From positions 1 to 37,802 of the IMG/VR virus record IMGVR_UViG_3300030372_000099: 37,802 nucleotides of DNA; one strand, written 5' to 3'. Position numbers and translations under genes: made by a program. Positions 8,720-16,885 of this stretch are shown in pieces; position 1 is the first letter of the stretch, and each line of letters opens with the position of its first letter. The notes beneath the pieces are model-generated. The model did no database searches and was not told the DNA's origin. It saw nothing but the letters and a program-made list of their open reading frames with translations. This stretch comes from a virus (lineage: Duplodnaviria; Caudoviricetes).

Positions 8720-11284
8720 TTAAGGCGACCACCAGTATTCTTGACCCGTCTGTTTCTTTAATCTTCTCTTATTTCTCCTAGTATCTCTGTCATAATTTGG
8801 GTTTAGCAGCTTTTCTAAGGTATCAAATATCAGCCTTTCTGTAACTATTCGAGTGTACCAGATGTTATTTCCAGGTGTATATCTTTGGATAAATGCTGCA
8901 AGCTCCTTACCAGCATTAGTCTTTTCGCCACTTGCAAGCTGTGAAACATTGCCGATTGTTAAATTTATCAAATCTCCAATAAAGCTAATTACTGGTCCAG
9001 CTACAGTTTTTGATATAGATCCACCATATCTGTTTTGATCTGAAAATAAGAAGTCTCCAAAGATACCTAATCCACCACCATAAATAGCAGCATTAATCCA
9101 ATATCTTACTCCCATGTTTTCTGGAGCTGTAGGTTTTTTACCAGCTGCCATTTGCTTAATTTCATAAGCAAAAGCTCCCATAATAGTTCCACCAATAATC
9201 ATTGGAGCTAAATATTTAAACTTACCACTAAATCCTATTTGTTGAAAACCTCTAGCCAAATGCGTCATGCCTAAAGTAATTGCAAAGTTTTTATACATTA
9301 AACCAGAATTAACTATTTCTCCTTTAACTGTTCCTGGCTTAGCATTTCCAGCTAAAGTAATTCTACCTTTTGCAGATGCAGTAGGTACAGCAAAATTAGT
9401 TTCATTAGTTAGCCATGTCATTAATCTTGTTGTTAAAAATTCTCTTGTAGCCTCATCTAAATCAGCTCTAGCAAAAATATCGTCTGGTCTTAAATAAGTC
9501 ATCCCTTTACCAGCCATAGATGGATCATCTATTCCAGCATCATATAATTTTGTTGTTCTAATAATATCCCATTCTTTTTCGCCAATACCATATTTTTTAA
9601 ATTGTGCTTGTAAATTTTTATGTAGTTTAGCAAATGGAGTTTTAACTTCTTCTGCAAGTTCTCCTAATGCCATCATTCCAAACGCCCATTTATTAGCTTG
9701 CGTAGAATGCGATAACCCAGATCCTCTTAAAACTGCATCTGAAATTCTTTTAGACCACATGGGAGCATCTACTTCCATTAAATATCTATTCATAACTGCA
9801 GCTACGCTGCTCCACATTTCAGCACCTAAACCAAGTTTAATTGCTAATCTTGCTAATTTTTTATCTTTCTTCATACCCTCTGCTAAAAATTTAACAGAGT
9901 TCATATTAGCTCTATGTGATTTTAAACCATTAAATTTTGCAGTATGTCTCATCCAATGCTGATCGGTAAGTGTCATAACCGCAGCTCCACCTAATTGAGA
10001 GCCAGTTAATAATTGTCTTAAAGCTGCAAAAGTATTTCCCCAAAAACCATCAACGGGTTTGCTTAATTGACCCTTATGGTACATCATTAAATTATCAGAG
10101 TTTTCTAAAATAGCATTAGTTCTATCTTGTTCAGTTCTATAAATTTTTACTTGATCTTTTTTAACACCTCTTAATTTACTATCTTTAATAATAGTTTTTT
10201 TTCTTTTAAATTTACCTTGTGCCTCCGCAGCTGCATCAATAGCGGATTGTTTTCTAATCATACTTTTAGCCCAGGTATGAATAGCGTCTGGGTTTGGTCC
10301 AAGGATTTTAAGTATAGCAATATCCCTAGACATACTGTTTATGTGATCTAACATTGTTTTAAATGGATCTGGATTGCCAAATCTAGTTTGATATGCCATC
10401 CAATCATCTGCACTTTTAAATGCTAAAAATCTATGATCCAATCTTCTATTGTGGAGAGCTTTACCCATTCGATTAACTCCAGGTTTAAAATTAGCCATAC
10501 CCTCTGTTGAAATATTAGCATACACTTGACTTAAAGCCTCTCGAATAGATTTATCGGTAAATGGCAAACCAGTTTTTTCATCAATCATTTTTTCTATATC
10601 TAATCTAGGTAAAATAAAATCAATCCAATCTTCTTTTGGAGTGGATCTAACTGTTAAAGTATCGTGCATTTGGGGTAATCCCCAATCATCTCTTGATTTA
10701 ATTTTCATACCATAAGAGTTTGCTCTTACTCTTAAATGTTCAGCTGTTTTTTTCCATGCCTCTGCCAATTCTTGAGCATTAACATTTCCAGTTCTTTCGC
10801 CCATTAACTCTCTAACCATTAATGTTTTATTAGCTTTTTGTTTCCTGGATTGTAATCCTCCCCAACCATATTTGAATTGATCCAAAACATTATTCATTAA
10901 ACTATGAGCTTTCTTAGCCTCATTAGTTGCTTGGTTTTCTATATTAGGTTTATAAGACCAGTTGTCTTGAGCCAGGTAAGCTCTATAAGCATTAGCATAA
11001 TCTACTTCGCCATTTTCATTTCTATAATTTGCAAAATCAAATTCTATCTCTTGCATCTTAGCTCTCATCTGTAAAGTGTATCTTAACTTCTCTGCCTCTT
11101 CTATTTTCATGGCATCGTACACTTCTCTTGCAGATCTTTTCTCAGCCTCTGGCTTAGTTAAATTTTTTCTATATTGATAAAAATCTCTAATCTCATCAAA
11201 ATTTTTATATAATGTTTCTCCTTGTTTTTCAGAAATTAAACCCTCTTTAATACCATTAATAATACATTGCTTAAAACCACTCAT
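8720..11284 (-). CDS. Large internal virion (ejection) protein, gp16/Bbp10-like
   Basis: 854 aa, WGLPQMHD and HRFLAFKSADDW motifs, Gly-rich hydrophobic C-terminal segments; last gene before the tail fibre. Confidence 0.8.
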   Translation of the reverse strand: MSGFKQCIINGIKEGLISEKQGETLYKNFDEIRDFYQYRKNLTKPEAEKRSAREVYDAMKIEEAEKLRYTLQMRAKMQEIEFDFANYRNENGEVDYANAYRAYLAQDNWSYKPNIENQATNEAKKAHSLMNNVLDQFKYGWGGLQSRKQKANKTLMVRELMGERTGNVNAQELAEAWKKTAEHLRVRANSYGMKIKSRDDWGLPQMHDTLTVRSTPKEDWIDFILPRLDIEKMIDEKTGLPFTDKSIREALSQVYANISTEGMANFKPGVNRMGKALHNRRLDHRFLAFKSADDWMAYQTRFGNPDPFKTMLDHINSMSRDIAILKILGPNPDAIHTWAKSMIRKQSAIDAAAEAQGKFKRKKTIIKDSKLRGVKKDQVKIYRTEQDRTNAILENSDNLMMYHKGQLSKPVDGFWGNTFAALRQLLTGSQLGGAAVMTLTDQHWMRHTAKFNGLKSHRANMNSVKFLAEGMKKDKKLARLAIKLGLGAEMWSSVAAVMNRYLMEVDAPMWSKRISDAVLRGSGLSHSTQANKWAFGMMALGELAEEVKTPFAKLHKNLQAQFKKYGIGEKEWDIIRTTKLYDAGIDDPSMAGKGMTYLRPDDIFARADLDEATREFLTTRLMTWLTNETNFAVPTASAKGRITLAGNAKPGTVKGEIVNSGLMYKNFAITLGMTHLARGFQQIGFSGKFKYLAPMIIGGTIMGAFAYEIKQMAAGKKPTAPENMGVRYWINAAIYGGGLGIFGDFLFSDQNRYGGSISKTVAGPVISFIGDLINLTIGNVSQLASGEKTNAGKELAAFIQRYTPGNNIWYTRIVTERLIFDTLEKLLNPNYDRDTRRNKRRLKKQTGQEYWWSP

Positions 11285-13857
11285 ACGCAGTTTTCCAATC
11301 TTTTAAACATAGTTGCAGCTTTTGCGTCTTGTTCAAATGTTTCTCTGGCAGTTGATAATAAAGGAACAATATCTCCATTTTCATCTAGTCTGGTCCCAAT
11401 AACAAACGGAATATCAACATCGTTAGTAGTATTCATTCTTGAAAATTCTTTATCTTTAATTTTAAAGTAAGCATTTTTCATATCAGCCTCTACTTTGGCT
11501 TGCTCTTTCAATGTTTTGTTCCACTCATCCATTGACATACTATCTCTTTGATATGTAATTTTTTTATAAACAGCGTGAGACTTATCTATTATTGGATCTA
11601 ATTCTTTAAGAGAGATTTGTAGTTCAAAAGAAAAACCATCTTTTGTTAATGCTTGCGTATGGATCCGTCTATATTCTGTTGGCGTTTTTCTTTGTGTTCT
11701 TGCAACATCATCTAAAAAATCGTCAATCTCTAAAAGTTTATATGTCTTATTTAATTCAGAAAGTAATAGTTTTGCTTGAGTTATTGTATCTACACTTATT
11801 CTAGCACCTAACCAATCTGGGATATTTTGTGGCTGTAAATCCTTTTTAACAGCTAATTTTTCCTTAATTTTAGCCTTATCTTTAACTCTAGCCTTTAAAT
11901 CGCCATTATATTTTGCTGTAATTTGTTGTAGATCCTTTTTAAGAGGTTTAAGTTTTTTAGATAAAGTGTTGTAAATCTCTTTATAATTATTAGATTTTTG
12001 ATATAACCTTATACCTATGGAATTGAAATCGCCAACAGACTTATTAGCAAGTCCACGAATGAGTGGAGGTTTGCTTTGTGCAGTTGCTAAAACTGTAGAT
12101 GATAAAGCTATATCTGTCTCTTGGGATTTTGATACTAAGTCTTGGGTTTTTGCTAAAGGATTATCAATAGGTACTGTTTTAGCTGCAGCTCCAGCCTCAG
12201 CCTCAGTTCTTATGGCTGCAGATGTTCCAGCATCAAACATTGTTTCTTCCGATAGCGAGGCTTGATTTCTATAAGCTGCCTCATTAGGTACATCAAAATT
12301 TTTAGCTGCCTCAATATCTTGCGCTATTGTACTTTCATTTCTATTAAAATTTGCTTTATTGATACCTGGAGCGTTAGCCTCAGTTGCTACTTTAGGAACA
12401 TTAAAATCAAGAGAGTTTAAATCTTGTAAAGTATCAGCATAAACTCCTTGATCTGTAGCTCCCTCTTTTTCTAATTTAGCTTTTCTTTCAATTAATTTAT
12501 TTCTAATAGTATTAATTTCTTGTTTAGATAATTGAGATACTGTTTTTCCTTGAGCATTTAAGCCAGCAGATCTAATTGTGTAATTAGGATTTCTAACATT
12601 TAAAAAAGCACTAGACTTAGGATCCAGGTTAATTACTCTTTCTGAACCATCTGGCATTTTAACTTTAAGAGAATTACCAGAAGAGCTTTTTTTAATTACT
12701 GGAACATTAACTTTATTTCCTTTAGCATCAAAAATATCAATTAATTGTCCAGGCTTAACTTCTACTGGTGGTCTAAGATTATTTGTATCAATAGGATTTT
12801 TAGCTGGTGGTAAATCTAACTCTGTGCTTTCATTAATTGATTTAACTGTAGCGTTTAATCTTTCTCTATGCTCTGTTCTGCCCGCAGCATTATCTGGAAA
12901 AGGATTATCTTTTTCTGGAATTTTATAATTATCTAAAGCTGTATTTTTATATTTTGGATTAAGATCTCCCATTTCTTTTCCAACAGCTTGCAGATCATTA
13001 TCTGATAATTTAAAAAGATGTTTTTTACCAACATCATATCCTTTACCAAATGCTTTAAATACACCAAGCAATAATGGAGATAAAGTTGCCGATGCACCAG
13101 CTACCATAAAAATATTTTTTAAACCAGTTTCTAAACCAGCATCTTCAAAACCTAATTCTTTTCTGTACGGCTGAGATTGTAATTGTATTAATGCTTCTGA
13201 TACTCCACCTATAACCGCCTCATATCTTGCAACTTTCCATGCTGCCTTACCAAATGTTGCTGGTATAGCATAACCAAATGATGCACCAACACCCATCATC
13301 ATAAATGGATCTTTAAGTGAAGAATATGCCATCCCACCAAAACCACCTAAAATATTTGAAAGTGTAGTAGATCTTGATTTTATTTCAGCATAATCTTGCC
13401 AAGCATCGTGAGCTTTCTTAGCAATAACTTTTTTCATGTTATCGTGATTATCTAATCCAGCCTCAGTTAATTTAAGAGCTATTTCTGGATTTGATTTTTT
13501 AACTTCTTCAATTTGTTTCCAAAAATTTGCCTGGGTCTGTATTATATCTCCGACATTATCAACTTGCCTATATCCTACTACTTCTAAATTTTCGTTGTCT
13601 TGATATTGGCTGCCTCCCATTATACTTTCTATATCTACGGGGTTTGTAAAATTGCTGTTCCCGTTTTCATGTAGGAGCTGCACTACATTTCCATATTCTT
13701 CTTCCAAATTCATTAATTCAGAATGAGACCATTCCGTCATACCAAATGCTTTATTAACAGCATTAAAGTTTTCAGATATGCTTGTTCTTGGTCCCTTAGA
13801 CCAGCTCTCATTTACTTTAGGAGTAAGAGCTTTATCTTCATCAAAGAAAATACTCAT
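11281..13857 (-). CDS. Internal virion protein with an embedded RelA/SpoT (small alarmone synthetase-like) domain
   Basis: Lies in the ejection-protein block. Residues ~650-765 carry ARVK, DWLGARI, YRRIH, FELQI and HAVYK in RSH synthetase order and spacing. Confidence 0.85.
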   Translation of the reverse strand: MSIFFDEDKALTPKVNESWSKGPRTSISENFNAVNKAFGMTEWSHSELMNLEEEYGNVVQLLHENGNSNFTNPVDIESIMGGSQYQDNENLEVVGYRQVDNVGDIIQTQANFWKQIEEVKKSNPEIALKLTEAGLDNHDNMKKVIAKKAHDAWQDYAEIKSRSTTLSNILGGFGGMAYSSLKDPFMMMGVGASFGYAIPATFGKAAWKVARYEAVIGGVSEALIQLQSQPYRKELGFEDAGLETGLKNIFMVAGASATLSPLLLGVFKAFGKGYDVGKKHLFKLSDNDLQAVGKEMGDLNPKYKNTALDNYKIPEKDNPFPDNAAGRTEHRERLNATVKSINESTELDLPPAKNPIDTNNLRPPVEVKPGQLIDIFDAKGNKVNVPVIKKSSSGNSLKVKMPDGSERVINLDPKSSAFLNVRNPNYTIRSAGLNAQGKTVSQLSKQEINTIRNKLIERKAKLEKEGATDQGVYADTLQDLNSLDFNVPKVATEANAPGINKANFNRNESTIAQDIEAAKNFDVPNEAAYRNQASLSEETMFDAGTSAAIRTEAEAGAAAKTVPIDNPLAKTQDLVSKSQETDIALSSTVLATAQSKPPLIRGLANKSVGDFNSIGIRLYQKSNNYKEIYNTLSKKLKPLKKDLQQITAKYNGDLKARVKDKAKIKEKLAVKKDLQPQNIPDWLGARISVDTITQAKLLLSELNKTYKLLEIDDFLDDVARTQRKTPTEYRRIHTQALTKDGFSFELQISLKELDPIIDKSHAVYKKITYQRDSMSMDEWNKTLKEQAKVEADMKNAYFKIKDKEFSRMNTTNDVDIPFVIGTRLDENGDIVPLLSTARETFEQDAKAATMFKRLENCV
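12017..12265 (+). CDS. Candidate antisense-nested small protein (possible immunity/antitoxin)
   Basis: 82-aa ORF with a globular-looking core (GGLLCAVAKTVDDKAISVSWDFDTKSWVFAKG). TGaTATAAC extended -10-like element at 11999-12007. Adjoins the RSH domain. Confidence 0.5.
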   Translation: MELKSPTDLLASPRMSGGLLCAVAKTVDDKAISVSWDFDTKSWVFAKGLSIGTVLAAAPASASVLMAADVPASNIVSSDSEA

Positions 13858-15977
13858 TAATTCATTCCCGTTATGATTTCGTCTCTAATATTATTGATGT
13901 TAATAATGAAATACTTACCATCACTATTCATTAAATATTCTGCGTCTGCTCCATCTTCTGTAGGATTTTCTCCCATGGCTATTTTGTATTTGCCATTTCC
14001 AACACTTACAAAATAAGGATCATCTGTTTTAAAAATTTCAGCTAAACTTATTTCTTCTCCTCTTAATGCACCATCTCCAATAATTGCATTCTTGCCATTA
14101 GAAGATGCTTTTAACCATAAATTTTCATTTTCTTTCATTCTTTCAATAACATCTTCAAAAGTTCCGTTTTCTAACCAAGTTGGGATATGTACCTTATTTC
14201 CTCTAGTATCTTCATCGTAGCCACCAAAAGAATTGTCAAATAAAAACCCATCTCTTTTAGAACCTCCAGATGCCATAATGAATGCTTTTTCCCAGTCATC
14301 GTCATCAAAACTATCTTTATTTTTTCCAGAATTTTTTAATTGAGCCATGTAAATATAATTAGCTGCTTGAACAATATTGTTTAAAGTATCTTCATTATCT
14401 GGAAATACTTGCGCATAATCTGATACTTTTCCTAAAATATCATTTGTATTAATTTTATAAACGGCAGCTAAATCTTTATTTTTAGAAAGTAAAAAACCCT
14501 CAGCTAAAAGATTTACATTTTCGCCTGGCTGATAATCGTTCATAATTGTAAGTCCGCCAATAGTAGATAAAACAGTATTGTCTTTTGTAAGTTGTTTAAA
14601 TGCTAGATCGCTATCACTACCAAATGCTTGAACCAAAATTGTTGAAAGTTGAGTTATTTCGTCTGCAGTATCCGCAGCATTAAAAGCATCTTTGATTTGT
14701 TTTTCTTCATTTGCAGTAAAAAATTTAACTTCTCTTGTATAAAAGGATCCTACTGTTTTCGCTTTAGCAATTCTTTCGTTAATTGCATCTACAAAATTAT
14801 TAACCTCTCCACCTGGAGATAACATTTCTGCAAACCCTATTTCATTAAGAGTTATTATTCCTTTTTCGTGAGCTGTAGTTAATTGATCTTTATCTAAATT
14901 AGATGTTAATTTTGATAAGAATTTTTTGGTAATTTCTAAATTTCTTGCGTAATTACCCTCCATACCAGAGCCAGTTTCTCTAAGTTTTTTATTATTGTAT
15001 TCAGTTAAAATATTTTTTCTGTTTTCTATTTCAGCTACAGACATATTGCTAAGTTCAGAATAATAACTAGCATCTGTTGCCATGTTATTTAATTTAATAA
15101 CAGTTGCTTGATCGTTTCCCTCAATAGCAGCTGTCATGGCTGCATTCCATTCATCTTCATTAAAAATAATACCGCTCTCCATAGCACTTTCCATTTTCTT
15201 AACTTTATCTTTATTAAGTTTATTGCTAGTAGTTGATGAGGTTTTAAAATGAGTTTTTAATTTTTCTACATCTTCTATATCTAATCTTTTATCTTTTTTA
15301 GCCATTTCCAAAGCTGCTTTTTGATCTTTTAAAGAAACACTTTTATAACCAAAGAAAGCTATATCTCTATTAGTTTCTTTTTTTACTTTATCTAAAGTAT
15401 CTCCAAAAACTTCTTTAGCTTTATCAGAATCTAAAAATGTGGCTAACTCATTTGTAGCTGTATCTTTTTCTAATTGAGTTGTTCCATAAACAATAGATTT
15501 TTTCCAAGTTTCTATTTGATCCATTCTATTTAGTCTTAAAGAATTAATCATGTTGGTTGTTGTTGCAACTTTAATAGCGTTAGTATCTTTTAATTGTTGT
15601 TTAGACATCCAGTTTGACAATTTCTTTTTAGTCATCCAGGAAACTTCATTCTTAGAGCTTTCTAATAAAGACTTCCATTGATTATTATATAATTCAAGAG
15701 CTGCTTTATCATCTTTCATCTCGCTAGCTTTAATAATGGTTTTACTTAAACCCTCTTTAGTTTCAGTACCATTCATTATCTCTTTAGATTTTTCTAAAAG
15801 CTCATTATCAGATTTGATGTCCAGGTGTTTAATATAAAGTTTTTCTCCAGATTGCAGCATACCTTTCATGGCTTTACCAATGGATTGAGCCTCAGATAAA
15901 CTTATTTGTCTGGTATCCATTACATTTGAAGATTTAGTTGTTGGTTCAAGTTGTGATTTATATAATTTTATTGCCAT
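13857..15977 (-). CDS. Internal virion protein, gp15-like
   Basis: 706 aa, helical; follows the gp14-like gene. Confidence 0.7.
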   Translation of the reverse strand: MAIKLYKSQLEPTTKSSNVMDTRQISLSEAQSIGKAMKGMLQSGEKLYIKHLDIKSDNELLEKSKEIMNGTETKEGLSKTIIKASEMKDDKAALELYNNQWKSLLESSKNEVSWMTKKKLSNWMSKQQLKDTNAIKVATTTNMINSLRLNRMDQIETWKKSIVYGTTQLEKDTATNELATFLDSDKAKEVFGDTLDKVKKETNRDIAFFGYKSVSLKDQKAALEMAKKDKRLDIEDVEKLKTHFKTSSTTSNKLNKDKVKKMESAMESGIIFNEDEWNAAMTAAIEGNDQATVIKLNNMATDASYYSELSNMSVAEIENRKNILTEYNNKKLRETGSGMEGNYARNLEITKKFLSKLTSNLDKDQLTTAHEKGIITLNEIGFAEMLSPGGEVNNFVDAINERIAKAKTVGSFYTREVKFFTANEEKQIKDAFNAADTADEITQLSTILVQAFGSDSDLAFKQLTKDNTVLSTIGGLTIMNDYQPGENVNLLAEGFLLSKNKDLAAVYKINTNDILGKVSDYAQVFPDNEDTLNNIVQAANYIYMAQLKNSGKNKDSFDDDDWEKAFIMASGGSKRDGFLFDNSFGGYDEDTRGNKVHIPTWLENGTFEDVIERMKENENLWLKASSNGKNAIIGDGALRGEEISLAEIFKTDDPYFVSVGNGKYKIAMGENPTEDGADAEYLMNSDGKYFIININNIRDEIITGMN

Positions 15978-15980
15978 TGA

Positions 15981-16436
15981 TTAAATGAACCCCGCTGTTT
16001 TTAATGATGTTGCTGTTGTTAATAAACTTTGACCCGCAGCATAATAAGACGCTTTCTTAGCAACTTTACCTCTCCATCTTGCAAGATCTGCATCGGCTCT
16101 CATTTGTATTGCCTCGTTTTCTTTTTGATCTCTAGCGTTTTCTGCATTGTAAGTTAAAATATCTCTATCAGTTTGGAGTTCTAATTCGTTAGCATACATA
16201 ACCTCAAGCGGTGTTCCCGACATAGTGGCTCCACTAGATAAAAAAGCTACTGTTGTTTGTCCCTGTATCTGCTCAACTGTTCTGTCAAATTTTGGCAGAG
16301 AGTAATTATTATGAACAGACATAATCTGTTCTGCCTCTTGCTCTTTAATTTTGGCGTTACGCTCCATAATTTTAGCGTTATAATTTGCTGCTGCTTGAGC
16401 AGCTTTACCACCAAATATATCTCCAAAAAAACTCAT
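15981..16436 (-). CDS. Internal virion protein, gp14-like
   Basis: Ala/Gln-rich helical protein with SGATMSGTP motif; typical position. Confidence 0.75.
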   Translation of the reverse strand: MSFFGDIFGGKAAQAAANYNAKIMERNAKIKEQEAEQIMSVHNNYSLPKFDRTVEQIQGQTTVAFLSSGATMSGTPLEVMYANELELQTDRDILTYNAENARDQKENEAIQMRADADLARWRGKVAKKASYYAAGQSLLTTATSLKTAGFI

Positions 16437-16885
16437 TTCATTATCCTTGCAAATCTTACAAAGTCAGATCCATCGGGACCATAACTTTCCATTAATCCTT
16501 CTTTTTTAAAACCTAACCACTTGGCAAATCTTAATGCCACATCGCAATCAGCTTTTACGGAAGTTTGTATTCTTTTTATTTTATTAGCTTTTAAAATTAT
16601 TTCGGTTCGTTGTTTAATGTGTTTAGCACAAAAAATTGGATATTTATAAATATCTTTTGTTGCTAAGACCCACCCCTCGGCAACGCCATCCCAGAGATGA
16701 AAGACACCTCCAGCCGCTATCGGTCTGTTATTAACTAGACCCGTAAACGACATTCCAACTTCTTTTAAAAAAAAAGCATATTTTTTATGCTCTGGTTTTA
16801 ATTCTAAAAATTCGCTATTTAAGCCTTGTTCTAATATTTGTTCTGCGTGCTTATTTTCAAAAGGAACAATAACTACATCAGACAC
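16433..16885 (-). CDS. GNAT-fold protein (T7 gp13-like)
   Basis: GVAEGW and RFAKWLGFKKEG motifs; directly after tail tube B. Confidence 0.8.
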   Translation of the reverse strand: MSDVVIVPFENKHAEQILEQGLNSEFLELKPEHKKYAFFLKEVGMSFTGLVNNRPIAAGGVFHLWDGVAEGWVLATKDIYKYPIFCAKHIKQRTEIILKANKIKRIQTSVKADCDVALRFAKWLGFKKEGLMESYGPDGSDFVRFARIMK

